The position numbers were made by a program, and so were the translations under genes. Below the pieces are notes generated by a model. That model worked only from the letters and a program-made list of their open reading frames with translations, made no database searches and was not told the DNA's origin. Positions 19,115 through 29,367 of a stretch of 64,000 bases of DNA are shown piece by piece (within the stretch, counting starts at the first letter, position 1; each line of letters opens with the position of its first letter). This DNA is from Candidatus Thorarchaeota archaeon (GTDB lineage Archaea > Asgardarchaeota > Thorarchaeia > Thorarchaeales > Thorarchaeaceae): the NCBI GenBank assembly GCA_020348985.1, contig CP070761.1, forward strand, positions 979,713 through 1,043,712. The letters run 5' to 3'.

Positions 19115-19714
19115 ATGAAAGTTGTTGATGAGTTTCGTATGGCATGGAAAGTGATAGCCCACCCTGAATCGCTGTTCAATGAAGAGAGAAGCGTCCCAGG
19201 CTATTGGCCAGTCGTTCGCTTCTACCTCGTTGTCAATCTACCGTTGGCTCTTCTAACTCCATTCGTGAACTGGCTTCACATTCCAAGTGACATAGTGCAT
19301 GCTGGCACGAATGCGCAGATGATGGCCTATGTCCAGGCCCCGCTTCTAGAAGCGACAACAGGGATATGCCGCTATGTGTGGGTCGCTTTTTTGACATACT
19401 TCGGGAATGTTCTGAAGCTTCCTGTCTTGGTGACCATCTTCCATGCTTTCGCCATCGTCTTGAAAGGGTCAGGTACTTCCCTTCATTCGCTAAAGGTTGG
19501 AGTGTACGCTGCTTCCCCAGTGCTACTGTTTGGATGGATCCCCTTCTTTGGACTGATCTCAGGCCTTTGGGTTGGTTATCTATATGTTGTTGCTCTGAGA
19601 ATGCTTCATGAGTCACCAATGGGTCCCACTATAGCTCTCATCAATCTGCTAATCGGTATTCAGTTGGTGTGGGCATTCCTCTTTGGGTGGGTTGGAAGCT
19701 CGGTGCCGTGGTAG
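19115..19714 (+). CDS. Yip1-domain membrane protein
   Basis: I.HP...F motif, then H..A..L.G.G....S.K...YA..P.LLFGWIP; about 5 TMs. Confidence 0.75.
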   Translation: MKVVDEFRMAWKVIAHPESLFNEERSVPGYWPVVRFYLVVNLPLALLTPFVNWLHIPSDIVHAGTNAQMMAYVQAPLLEATTGICRYVWVAFLTYFGNVLKLPVLVTIFHAFAIVLKGSGTSLHSLKVGVYAASPVLLFGWIPFFGLISGLWVGYLYVVALRMLHESPMGPTIALINLLIGIQLVWAFLFGWVGSSVPW

Positions 19715-19753
19715 CTATGCAAGATGTTGATTTGGAACACGTGTTCCAAGTGC

Positions 19754-20818
19754 TCATGTTCCACGCATTCCTGCACCAGGAGACATCGTGATTTCGCCAA
19801 CGATGTTAGTATGAATTATCTCTGCAATCTCGGAAAGATCATCGGTCTGCCCTAAAGACCACATCAGTTTGACAAATGCGGCCTCGGAAGTCATGTCATA
19901 AGCACTCAGAGCGCCTACCTTCAGCGCCGCTTTGCCGACTTCATAGAGGGATAGGTCAGCCTGTCCGAATGGACACTGAGTACTCATCAGCACTGTACAG
20001 CCCCGCTCGAGTGCTTCCTTGATAACGCCGCCTAACGCATTCTCTCTTGTAGGTATGTTTCCAGACCCAAATCCTTCGATGACTATACCGTGATAACCGA
20101 GGTCTACTATCTTCGTGATCACACTCGGTTTCATTCCGGGAAACACCTTGAGCAGAAATACCTCTTCATCAAGATGCATCTTGAACTTGGGTTTGGGGCT
20201 AGTTCGTCTCATCCTATTCTCGTACAGGACTATGTCCCGACCTAGCAGCCCTAGTGGAGTTGGGTCGACCGAATCAAAAGCGTCATGTGCCCGCTCCCTG
20301 AGTTTTCGAGCCCGTGTTGCACGATGTATCTCACCATTGAATACAATGCAGGTCTCTCCCAAATCAGCCCATGCAGCAACTCTGATTGCATCGCGTAGGT
20401 TCCGTGGCCCGTCACTCCACGGAACAGATGCAGGTATCTGTGATCCTGTGAAGGCGACCGGCCTGCCAAGTCCTTGTGCCATGAAGCTCACTGCCGCCGC
20501 CGAATAGACCATTGTATCCGTCCCATGCAAGACGACAAAACCATGAATATCACTATCCTCTTTCGTGATTGTCTTGATGGCATCAGCAATCTCTATCCAA
20601 TGGTGTGGTTGAGCATTGGCGGAATCCAATTGGAAAAGATCTCTTGTTACAACTTCGATCTCGCCCATGTCCTTGGGAAGGCCTGAGAGAAGGCCTTCAA
20701 TCGACATTCCCGGACGATACGCACCAATCTCTGAATCATAAACACTGGAAATTGTTCCACCTGTGGTCATGATGCAGATTCTTCTAGAGCCCCCTTCAGC
20801 CAAGAGTGCTACACCCAC
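19754..20818 (-). CDS. ansA: L-asparaginase type I
   Basis: TTGGTI, HGTDTM, TGSQIP, EGFGSGN and DMT.EAA.VKL motifs. Confidence 0.92.
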   Translation of the reverse strand: MGVALLAEGGSRRICIMTTGGTISSVYDSEIGAYRPGMSIEGLLSGLPKDMGEIEVVTRDLFQLDSANAQPHHWIEIADAIKTITKEDSDIHGFVVLHGTDTMVYSAAAVSFMAQGLGRPVAFTGSQIPASVPWSDGPRNLRDAIRVAAWADLGETCIVFNGEIHRATRARKLRERAHDAFDSVDPTPLGLLGRDIVLYENRMRRTSPKPKFKMHLDEEVFLLKVFPGMKPSVITKIVDLGYHGIVIEGFGSGNIPTRENALGGVIKEALERGCTVLMSTQCPFGQADLSLYEVGKAALKVGALSAYDMTSEAAFVKLMWSLGQTDDLSEIAEIIHTNIVGEITMSPGAGMRGT

Positions 20819-20847
20819 TTTGTAGGAATTCGGAGTCCATATTGGTG

Positions 20848-21804
20848 TTATGTTGTTTGAGCGTCGGGCATTTCGATTGAATGCGTTCCATCTGATGACA
20901 GAGTTATTCGCATTAAGTCTCTTGCCAGCATCACATCGGGGAAAACTTTGCGAGCTTCGTCAATGATTGCTGTACCATCCCCATAACGCGGACTGTAGTG
21001 TGTAAGTGCGAGGAGCTTGACTTTACAGTCTCGAGCGATTTCTGCGGCGGCTTTTGCTGTCATGTGACCCCTCTCTTCGGCGAGATCAGCGTTGTCAGAA
21101 GTATACATAGCTTCACAAATGAGAAGGTCAGCCTCCTTGGAGGCTTCCAAAAGTGCATCACATGGTCTCGTATCGCCAGAGTACACAACTGAGAGCGGCG
21201 GAGGCTGGGGCCCGGTTACATCTTCAGGATTTACTGCTCTTCCGTTGTCGAGCACAACGGATTCACCCGCGGCCAGTTTTCTCCATATGCTCCCTTTGGG
21301 TATGTCAAGTTCTATAGCTCGTTCAGGCAGGAACGGTCCAGTTGGTTTCTGATAGACTACTTTGTATCCAAGCGCATGTCCTCGATGGTCTACCTCAAAA
21401 GCTGTTACTCTGACGTTTTCAATCTCCGAAACTGTTCCTGGTTCAACTGCATATACAGTAGTATCGAAAGTTGTGCCCAAGTTGATTGAGTCCTGGGCCA
21501 TTCTCACATATTCAATGAGCTCTGAAGGTCCATAGACTGACAAAGGCTTCGTTCTTCCCAGAAGAGAGAACCTGAGAAGTAGGCCCCCTAGTCCCAAAAG
21601 ATGATCTGGATGACGGTGTGTGATATAAATCGCCATTCTCTTGTTTGTGCCAAGTTTTGCCCGCTCAAACTGTCTTTGGACATCCTCACCTGCATCAAAC
21701 ATCAGGTTCCATCCTTGATACTTGATGACTATCGAAGGGTGATTGCGTCCAGTTGTGGGCATGCTTCCACCTGTGCCTAGGAAGACGGCCTCCAATCGTG
21801 ACAT
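20848..21804 (-). CDS. rnz: Ribonuclease Z
   Basis: FLGTGG..P...R, THRHPDH, exosite arm, YSGDT.P and LTHYS.RY motifs. Confidence 0.94.
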   Translation of the reverse strand: MSRLEAVFLGTGGSMPTTGRNHPSIVIKYQGWNLMFDAGEDVQRQFERAKLGTNKRMAIYITHRHPDHLLGLGGLLLRFSLLGRTKPLSVYGPSELIEYVRMAQDSINLGTTFDTTVYAVEPGTVSEIENVRVTAFEVDHRGHALGYKVVYQKPTGPFLPERAIELDIPKGSIWRKLAAGESVVLDNGRAVNPEDVTGPQPPPLSVVYSGDTRPCDALLEASKEADLLICEAMYTSDNADLAEERGHMTAKAAAEIARDCKVKLLALTHYSPRYGDGTAIIDEARKVFPDVMLARDLMRITLSSDGTHSIEMPDAQTT

Positions 21805-21865
21805 ACTATGATACCAGAACCAGAAATCCCGGAAGAGTCAGATAATGATTTTGCTTCTTGTGTCA

Positions 21866-23254
21866 TTATGCAAGGTCTATTGGGATGCCACTACCACTCT
21901 CACATCCTTCACGAGCAGATTCGTACGAACACGTATCGTAGAGCGCTGGATTGTAATCCCAGGTTATTCTGTCTGCCTTAATCCTGCTCCTGCTTCCAGC
22001 AACGACTGGATACGCTGTTACATCATCGGCCAAGCTCTTCTCTTCATTCAGGACATTGATTAGCTGTATTGCCTGTCCTGCAGGTAGTGCTGATAGTAAT
22101 AGGATCTTTTTCTCCCTTCGATTCTCTAGATTCTCGATAAGTGAGACATAAGTCAGTGGCAAGGCACCCCAAGCGGGCATGAAGTCACCTGCAGCTGTCT
22201 CGTCCAAGACAGCAAGAAGTCGATCCCGTAGTACTGGGATATTTACTTGTGCCCTTGGCTGGATGACTTCCTGTATTAGCTTGGATTTCTTTCTAAATGC
22301 AGTGCTCTCCGAAAGCCCTGTTTCTTTGACAATCTCTTGAGCAGTAGCGTCATAGTTGCACAGCAATTCGTCTAGAACCTCCAGTTCTGCTATGGTGAAT
22401 CTCCTCTGTCCTAAACTCGATTGACTTGGGTTGCTTCCAATAATCAGTCCCGAACCACCGGCGCGAAGAAGAAGCCGCCAATGGAACAAATCAACATGCC
22501 ATCTTCCACTTCTTTCATTGTAGTATAGATCATTGAAGCGAGGACGGCCTTTGGACAGCCGCCACGCGGTAACGCTCCTGGCCTCTCCACGAAGTCCTCT
22601 TATGGTGTTCAGAAGCTCCTTCAGGTGATCCCGGGGTACGGTGAGAGTAAGGAATACTATAGCGTGCTTGCCATCCACAAAGAGAACGTTCTCAACATAT
22701 GGACCATAGAGAACTGATCCGGGTGATTCGAAACGGACAAGAATCCTTTCTAGTCCGAGACGTTCAACATCAAGTAGACCAATGGTCCTAAGGACATCCG
22801 CGCTTCGAAGCCTATGAAGAGCCCGCCTTGTCTGAGAATAAGTCAGGCCGACATGCGTGGCCAGCTCACCAAGTCCCGCGCCGGGATTTCCGATTGCTCC
22901 ACTCAGTACTGCATTCTCCTTCTTTGATAGCCGAGAGACGTTAGTTGCCCAGACAGAGTGGACGACACTCATCAAGTCGCGCTGGGTAATGACACTAACC
23001 CCTCCCATCTTGATGACGCCATCCAAGCGCCTTTCTAGGGCCCGATACAGACTCCCCTTGTAAGAAGACGTGATTCTTCGAAGCCTGTCAAAGTCGGGAT
23101 CCCTTTGGAAGAGATCAATGGATTCACCATCCTCCAGAACTCGAATTGCACGTAGGACCGCGTGAGCTGATGAACTGAGCCGCTCGTGGAATCTTTGTCC
23201 GAGATGCAATTCAGCGGGTTCGTCTGCTGACTGCTCGTTGTCATCCGTAACCAT
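21866..23254 (-). CDS. Putative regulator with two Lrp/AsnC-like HTH modules
   Basis: LSKKE..VL...P...L.ELA..GL.Y....R.L..L and FT..EL.VL..L.....T..EI...GLSEST.FR. Confidence 0.55.
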   Translation of the reverse strand: MVTDDNEQSADEPAELHLGQRFHERLSSSAHAVLRAIRVLEDGESIDLFQRDPDFDRLRRITSSYKGSLYRALERRLDGVIKMGGVSVITQRDLMSVVHSVWATNVSRLSKKENAVLSGAIGNPGAGLGELATHVGLTYSQTRRALHRLRSADVLRTIGLLDVERLGLERILVRFESPGSVLYGPYVENVLFVDGKHAIVFLTLTVPRDHLKELLNTIRGLRGEARSVTAWRLSKGRPRFNDLYYNERSGRWHVDLFHWRLLLRAGGSGLIIGSNPSQSSLGQRRFTIAELEVLDELLCNYDATAQEIVKETGLSESTAFRKKSKLIQEVIQPRAQVNIPVLRDRLLAVLDETAAGDFMPAWGALPLTYVSLIENLENRREKKILLLSALPAGQAIQLINVLNEEKSLADDVTAYPVVAGSRSRIKADRITWDYNPALYDTCSYESAREGCESGSGIPIDLA

Positions 23255-23317
23255 GCGGCGAACCTCTCAGAGAGTTGCGTACACACATGGAGAGGTTACT
23301 TCGATCTCAATAAAAGG

Positions 23318-24100
23318 TCAGAGAGGTTTGGACTCGGTCCAAAGCGACTCAAAATAGCTTGAGCTCATTTCTGCAAATACGGCGTGTGAAGAATACACTC
23401 CAAGAAATGTGGAGTCTTCATCACCGCCAGCTATCATTATCAGTGTTTCACGTCGGTCGATCACTAGCCCGGCTCCAAAGACCCTCTCACGAACTCTAAC
23501 TTCTGTATTCTCTGGAACAAGAGCCTTGACCGTCTTTGGGACGTCCGATGTAAGAATTCTAATCTTGGGGTTCCTCAGATTCAAAAGTCGGTCGATGAGT
23601 CCAGATAAGTCCTCAACATATCCGGTGCCTTCTTCGCTAGTTATATCCAGACTTGGAATAGAGAGCAGAACCTCTTCTCTTGCGTTGTCAAGCATTCCTA
23701 TGGCCTTGGCGACAATGGCAGCTCTTCCATGCAAGAGCCAAACATCACGTGGTTGTTCGTGAAGCTCCTGTTCGAACCTCGGTTGGAGTTCGTCGATAAC
23801 TACCTTGCCTGATTTCTCGATTCTCTCCTCAACATCCAAGCGGACAAGTCTGACTACTTCCGTTGGGGCTTTTGCTACATATCGGGTTGGGCGTCCACGC
23901 TGAATCTGAACAAACCCCTTCTCTTCGAGTCGACCCAGAACATCATAGATACGACTGTAGGGCACCTTGGACATCGCACTGATTTCAGAAGCAGGCAATT
24001 GGCCACCGTCGACGAGAGCAACATAGGCCTGTACTTCATACTCGGTCAGCCCCAGATCCTTCATTGCTTTAAGTGTGGCCTCGCTAATCTTCAAGTCCAT
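23318..24100 (-). CDS. TrmB family transcriptional regulator
   Basis: LGLTEYE..AY.ALV, S.VP.SRIYDVL..LE.KGFV and GRP..Y motifs; C-terminal effector domain. Confidence 0.9.
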   Translation of the reverse strand: MDLKISEATLKAMKDLGLTEYEVQAYVALVDGGQLPASEISAMSKVPYSRIYDVLGRLEEKGFVQIQRGRPTRYVAKAPTEVVRLVRLDVEERIEKSGKVVIDELQPRFEQELHEQPRDVWLLHGRAAIVAKAIGMLDNAREEVLLSIPSLDITSEEGTGYVEDLSGLIDRLLNLRNPKIRILTSDVPKTVKALVPENTEVRVRERVFGAGLVIDRRETLIMIAGGDEDSTFLGVYSSHAVFAEMSSSYFESLWTESKPL

Positions 24101-24128
24101 ACCCGCCTGCTCTTTCCATTGCTGGGAC

Positions 24129-24701
24129 TTAAGCATTGTCAGACGACTCTTTGAACCACTCTATGAAAGAACGAAAAGCCCTTGATCTATGGGAGATAGA
24201 GACTTTCTGTTCCGTTGACAGCTGTGCATATGTTCTGGAGTGACCTTCAGGGACGAAGATGGGATCATAGCCGAAGCCTCCAGCTCCAACTATGGTCTTA
24301 GCTATGGTTCCTTTCATTTCGCCTGTGAATGTCTTTGAAACACTTCCATCACAAAACGCCACTGCAGTAACGAACCTAGCCCCTCGGTCTTCAGCCCCTT
24401 CTAGTAGCTTCAAGACCCCCTCCAAACCTATGGTTTCAAGGATGAACGCAGGATATGCACGCGGGAATCCATTTAGCGCGTCAATATAGAGGCCAGTGTC
24501 ATCGACGATAACCGGTTTCTGCAACTTCTCGAATGCGTCACGTGAGGCTTCTTCAGCAACAACATTCACCGAATCAGAGCGGATTTCCAGCTTTTCCAGT
24601 GCTGAACTCTCGAATTCTATGTTCGCTTCTCGGAAAAGAGGAGTAATCTCATCTAGCTTGTGTTTGTTTTGTGTAACTAGGACCAGCCTATCCCTTGACA
24701 T
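24129..24701 (-). CDS. rdgB: XTP/dITP diphosphatase (Ham1/RdgB)
   Basis: T.N.HK..E, DDTGL.I.ALNGFP, GFGYDPIF.P and ISHR.RA motifs. Confidence 0.95.
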   Translation of the reverse strand: MSRDRLVLVTQNKHKLDEITPLFREANIEFESSALEKLEIRSDSVNVVAEEASRDAFEKLQKPVIVDDTGLYIDALNGFPRAYPAFILETIGLEGVLKLLEGAEDRGARFVTAVAFCDGSVSKTFTGEMKGTIAKTIVGAGGFGYDPIFVPEGHSRTYAQLSTEQKVSISHRSRAFRSFIEWFKESSDNA

Positions 24702-25812
24702 AGGCTAGGACCTCCTTCATGATTCTAAATGAGTCACGTGTCTTTTCTAAGTCGAACATTCCGGTCGCATTCCAGATGATGATGTGATCAAGACCTGCTT
24801 TTGCATAGTCTTCGAGCTTCTGAATGATAGTCTCGGAATCGCCACTCATGAAGAATTTCCTGGTGATTTGATCCGGAACTTGTTCAATTGCATCCAACAC
24901 AGTTGATCTATCAAAGCGCATAGGTACGTAATCGCGTAGAGCATAGAATTCTTCTCCGAAGGGGTGTTCATGACCAAGACGCTTCCATTCAGAGGAAGGA
25001 TAAAGGAGGGCATAGGCCCTTGCAAGAGGAGTCTGCATCAATCGTTCGCATTCGGATACGTCTTCGTCAAGAATGCACCAATTCCAGAGTGCAGCCGTGA
25101 AATCCCCATGTTTGTCAAGTTTCTTCCTGTGTCCCGCTATCTCTTTGAGCTTCTCACCATATTCCTTTGACGGAAGAAGTGTGGGAATCCAGCCATCACC
25201 AAATTCCGCGGCAATCTCAAGCATCTTTGGTCCGTGAGCGGCAATCCAAATCGGCGGGGGCTTGCCCTCCACCGCGGGACGTAACGACATTACCGCGTTC
25301 TTAAGCTTCCAGAATCGGCCCTCGAAATCGAATTGCTCGTGAGTCTTCCAGATGAGACGGATGATTTCGAGGGCTTCTCTCAGTTTCCCCACCTGCCCTG
25401 AATATTTCATGCCGTAAGGTTCTACGTTCTCAATCTCCCCTGCACCTATCCCGAAGATTGCACGTCCATTCGATATTTGATCTAACGTCAAGAAAGTCTG
25501 CGCAAGCAAGACTGGGTGGCGACGAAGAGGTTCAGTCACAGAAGACACCAGTTTTACTTTCTCAGTAACTACCGCGCAGGCAGACATAATGGCAGACAAC
25601 TCGAAGAAGGTGTGAGGTGATTGTTGGAATAAAGCGAGAGGCGTAATGTCAGGTGTCCAGATACTCTCGGGAACGAAACCGGCGAAGTGATCGGGAAACG
25701 CCATGGAATCGTATCCCAGTGAATCAATGGTCTTAGCGTTCTTCTGGCAGTTTTCCCAAGGCGGAAGGAAAGGTCCAGGTGCCCCTATCTTCATGTCTTT
25801 CAGGTCAGGCAT
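24688..25812 (-). CDS. LLM-class (probably F420-dependent) oxidoreductase
   Basis: G.DS....DH, RHP..LAQ...TLD..S.GR...G.GAG and PP.WIAA.GP.ML..A....DGW motifs. Confidence 0.88.
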   Translation of the reverse strand: MPDLKDMKIGAPGPFLPPWENCQKNAKTIDSLGYDSMAFPDHFAGFVPESIWTPDITPLALFQQSPHTFFELSAIMSACAVVTEKVKLVSSVTEPLRRHPVLLAQTFLTLDQISNGRAIFGIGAGEIENVEPYGMKYSGQVGKLREALEIIRLIWKTHEQFDFEGRFWKLKNAVMSLRPAVEGKPPPIWIAAHGPKMLEIAAEFGDGWIPTLLPSKEYGEKLKEIAGHRKKLDKHGDFTAALWNWCILDEDVSECERLMQTPLARAYALLYPSSEWKRLGHEHPFGEEFYALRDYVPMRFDRSTVLDAIEQVPDQITRKFFMSGDSETIIQKLEDYAKAGLDHIIIWNATGMFDLEKTRDSFRIMKEVLAYVKG

Positions 25813-25872
25813 AATCTACAGTTCACTCGGACACGAAGTAAAAGGGTGCCGGTCACAGTTTGAACCGAGACT

Positions 25873-26919
25873 CTAGTCACTTTCTTGAGTGAACACGTAT
25901 GCAATGTTTGCTCCTGTCTGCACAGCTTGTAGACTGCCAGCTGTGCCCAAAATGTCACCACAAGGATACGCCCATATGTATCCATCCACAGGAATCTTTG
26001 CTTCTTCCAGAATGTCACCATGAAGGTTGTAGATTTCAGCGAATACTTCACCCTCTTTCAAGAAGTCTCCAGGAGCCCTCACGAATCTAATCAGACCACC
26101 TCTGTTTGCACGTACAACTCCTTGCCACTTGCAGACACCGGGAATGATTGGGAATCCTTCTTGTGGTTCAATCTCACCATCAATCATGTCAAAGGCTTTC
26201 ATGATGTTCAGGACTCCTCTTATCCCAGCACTTGTAGACGGTTCTGATATCCATCGACCATCGATTAACTCAAGCAGAATGGCGGGTTTGCCATGTTTTG
26301 CTGCAAGGTTTACCAGCGTTGGAGGTCCGTCTTCGTTGAATGGTGTGCCGTCCACAATTGTGGTGACACCAAATGCCTTGGCCATTTTCCAAAGGTCATC
26401 TCTCGTCTTTGGATTGCCAGTCAGAATCTTTTGAAAGATGAGCGAATCAGGTCTCGTATTGCAATGAAAGTTGAGAATCATATCAGCCTTAATCCATGCC
26501 TCATTCCACAAAGCATGTGCAAGCCTTTCAGTTGCAGTTCCATCAGGTTTGTCTACAGTGAGTGGACTGGCGCTTCCTCCACCGCCGGGGTCTTGGTTGT
26601 CTATCCATGATAGATATTGGCTATGCATGTATGCCAATGGATTCTCAACAGGAATCCCAATCAGGGCACCTCTGAGAGCCTTCGAGTCCACCTTCTCTCT
26701 CATCACTTTGATGATGACCTCAGCACCCTGAATCTCAGTCCCATGTTGAGTAGAAACCATGAGAACGGTCGGACCGTCCCTAACGCCATTCATGACGAGC
26801 ACGGGGATGTCAATCCTCGTTGAATCGAAGAGCTCAACACCCTTTATGATACCTTTCTGGAGTTCACCTCTCTTCGCGGTTGCTGTACCGACTGTCAGTT
26901 CATTTGGAATCTTGAACAT
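25873..26919 (-). CDS. Succinylglutamate desuccinylase/aspartoacylase family (M14) protein
   Basis: GPT......HG.E..G, FH, LEL motifs; C-terminal biotinyl-like domain. Confidence 0.85.
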   Translation of the reverse strand: MFKIPNELTVGTATAKRGELQKGIIKGVELFDSTRIDIPVLVMNGVRDGPTVLMVSTQHGTEIQGAEVIIKVMREKVDSKALRGALIGIPVENPLAYMHSQYLSWIDNQDPGGGGSASPLTVDKPDGTATERLAHALWNEAWIKADMILNFHCNTRPDSLIFQKILTGNPKTRDDLWKMAKAFGVTTIVDGTPFNEDGPPTLVNLAAKHGKPAILLELIDGRWISEPSTSAGIRGVLNIMKAFDMIDGEIEPQEGFPIIPGVCKWQGVVRANRGGLIRFVRAPGDFLKEGEVFAEIYNLHGDILEEAKIPVDGYIWAYPCGDILGTAGSLQAVQTGANIAYVFTQESD

Positions 26920-26944
26920 CTCCTATGCTAGTGTAGTACTGGAT

Positions 26945-28126
26945 CTAATCGCATTTCTCTGCAAAGCAGACAAGAGCGGCTCTTACACTGTCAAAGTCTT
27001 TCACTGCAAGCCATTCGTCTAGACCATGAAAGGACCCATCTGTGGCAATTGTCCCGTAACATGCTGTGGGAATCCCAACTGATGTGAAGAAGTGACCATC
27101 GTTTCCGCCCAAATCTGCGCTAATCGGCAAATCCGGATCAACTACCTCCTTAACTGCGGCATGGAGAGCTTGAATGAACTTGTCTTCTTTGTCAGAACCC
27201 CAACCGTGAACCTTCATTGTAATCTCCAGAGACGCATCGACACCCGTTTCTTCTTTGGCTTTCTCTAGAAACGATTCGATATCCTTCGCAATATCTTCAG
27301 GATCTTCTTCTGGGATAAGTCTGCAATCAAACGTGATATCTGCCGTCCCTGGTATGACATTCGATTTTGAGCCGGCCTTATAGACAGTCATGGAGAAGCG
27401 GCCCCAGAGATTCTCGTAAGGGCTCCCAGGTGGTGCAGGATACTCTGACGTGACTTTCCGCCGAACGTCAACGTAGTCTAACATACAGTCCAAAAGTGGA
27501 ATGCTGAGATGTATTGCATTTGCGAAAGCAAAGGGATACCCTGCGTGTCCTTGCTGTCCATGAACAGTGATCTTTCCTGCCAAAACACCGCTAGCACCGA
27601 TACTGACGTATTCTGGTCCACTATCAACTACTATGCCGAATTCGCCGCGCACTTTTGGTGGACCATTGATGAGATAGTCTATGCCATAAACGCCACCTAT
27701 CTCTTCATTTGGAGAGAGGAGTAGTTTCAGATTGATCTTGGAAGTGCCCTTCTTCGCCAGTTCCTTGGCCGCGCTCACGGCGGCCACAATATTGCCCTTG
27801 TTGTCAGTGACTCCGCGACCGTAAAGCTTCTCTCCTTCGTCAGTGAGCTTGAATGGTGGTCTAGTCCAACCTTCAGCGTCGCCCGCGGGGACTACATCAT
27901 AGTGCATACATAGCAAGACAGTCTCTTTTGCACCGACGTCCAACGTGGCCACAACATTGGGCTGAGGGATGTCATCATGCTTTGAGTCGAAGATCTCGAC
28001 CTTAAGTCCCGCTTCTTCACAGTACCTTGTAATGACATCCGCGCACTCAGTGTAGTTCTTCTTCTCTTCACTATTGGTGTCCAATTCCACAATCTCTTTC
28101 AAAAACCGCTTGTCCCAATCGTCCAT
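26945..28126 (-). CDS. M20 family metallo-hydrolase (ArgE/DapE-like)
   Basis: HYDVVP, GRG..DNKG, NEEIGG, G.QGH, NVIP and HG.DE motifs. Confidence 0.9.
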   Translation of the reverse strand: MDDWDKRFLKEIVELDTNSEEKKNYTECADVITRYCEEAGLKVEIFDSKHDDIPQPNVVATLDVGAKETVLLCMHYDVVPAGDAEGWTRPPFKLTDEGEKLYGRGVTDNKGNIVAAVSAAKELAKKGTSKINLKLLLSPNEEIGGVYGIDYLINGPPKVRGEFGIVVDSGPEYVSIGASGVLAGKITVHGQQGHAGYPFAFANAIHLSIPLLDCMLDYVDVRRKVTSEYPAPPGSPYENLWGRFSMTVYKAGSKSNVIPGTADITFDCRLIPEEDPEDIAKDIESFLEKAKEETGVDASLEITMKVHGWGSDKEDKFIQALHAAVKEVVDPDLPISADLGGNDGHFFTSVGIPTACYGTIATDGSFHGLDEWLAVKDFDSVRAALVCFAEKCD

Positions 28127-28207
28127 GGAGCCTTCTCTCCATCCAGATTAGTCCCACTGGGAGCTATCTCATAGATTAGTCTTATCTTTCAGCGGGAAAG
28201 AGGTGAT

Positions 28208-29014
28208 CTAGATCTGACAAGTCTGGCAGTAGTTCGTCTTGAAACGATTGGCTCTGACTTCCGAAATTCGCCCACCACAGAGAGGACAAACCCCTCCGCC
28301 TTTTCCATGAATCATTAGAAAGTTCCTCTTCTCTGAACTGAACTCTGACAGCTCTCTCTGAGTCATGAGATCAAGGTACTTCGCGAGAACTTTCTTCATT
28401 GATTGATAGAGGGATTCCACTTCTACCTCCGATAGTGTTGACCTTCTCCTAAAAGGATGGATTCCAGCGTACAGCAGTATCTCATCCGCATACGCGTTTC
28501 CGATGCCCTTTACGAAACTCTGATTTCTGAGCACGTTTTTGATTTGCCCTCTGCGTCGCTTGAGCCTCAACGTGAATTCTTTAAGAGTTAGTTCAGAATC
28601 CAGGGGCGAAGGTCCACGTCCCTCAAAACCAGCGACATCTGAAAAGTCGTTTCCTCGTATCAGATAGACACGACTCATTTGCTTTCGGTCTCTGTACCAT
28701 AAGACCGTGGATTCCATTTGAAGAGAGAAGATGTCAGTCTTCCCGGGGGCCCTACCAGCATTATAGACCCAAAAGCGTCCAGCGAGCATAGGATTCACCA
28801 CAATCTTGACCCCACCGCTAAGATTGAACAATAGAAATTTCCCGTCAGCTTTGACTGAATTGAGCTTCTTACCTATGATGCCAGCCTCAAACTCGAGAGC
28901 TTCAATACCATGAATCACTAAATGATTATATACTGCCACATTCTGAATCACTTTGTCCCCGAAGTTCTCTGTCAGGCGGATGGCAATGATTTCAAGCTCA
29001 GGAAGTTCGGGCAT
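28208..29014 (-). CDS. mutM: Fpg/Nei family DNA glycosylase/AP lyase
   Basis: MPELPE N-terminus, GK, H2TH (Q....GIGN.YADE.L..A.IHP) and C-terminal zinc finger CPLC..CQTCQ. Confidence 0.88.
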   Translation of the reverse strand: MPELPELEIIAIRLTENFGDKVIQNVAVYNHLVIHGIEALEFEAGIIGKKLNSVKADGKFLLFNLSGGVKIVVNPMLAGRFWVYNAGRAPGKTDIFSLQMESTVLWYRDRKQMSRVYLIRGNDFSDVAGFEGRGPSPLDSELTLKEFTLRLKRRRGQIKNVLRNQSFVKGIGNAYADEILLYAGIHPFRRRSTLSEVEVESLYQSMKKVLAKYLDLMTQRELSEFSSEKRNFLMIHGKGGGVCPLCGGRISEVRANRFKTNYCQTCQI

Positions 29015-29111
29015 TTGAAACACCATGTGGACTTCGATATTTCTCCAAGCCGTTCAAGGCGAACATTAGTCTTATTTGGTTTCCTTCGAATGTAATAGCT
29101 AGGTAGGACAC

Positions 29112-29303
29112 GTGGTCGATATTTGGATTCCACTAGTTGCGATACTCGTTACTGTGGTTCTGATCTATCTGATGATCCCCCGAAAGAGAATCAGGGGATA
29201 TCACGATCTCCGTGAGAAGTCGTCGTATGAGCTCGAAAGAAGAGTTGAAATCGACCGCGAGATAGACAGAGCCGAGAGAAGGTATGGTTTCAGAAGAGGC
29301 TAG
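29112..29303 (+). CDS. Small single-TM hypothetical protein
   Basis: N-terminal TM and charged tail; TATA-like CTTATTT upstream. Confidence 0.55.
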   Translation: MVDIWIPLVAILVTVVLIYLMIPRKRIRGYHDLREKSSYELERRVEIDREIDRAERRYGFRRG

Positions 29304-29367
29304 AACGGTCAGATGAACACAGTAGGCACACGCTTAACTTAAGTCCGGTTCTAATGAACCGGACTCT

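Noticed and set aside
18776-19179. Short ORFs overlapping the tRNA-Ser gene
   Set aside because: Explained by the tRNA and the neighbouring genes
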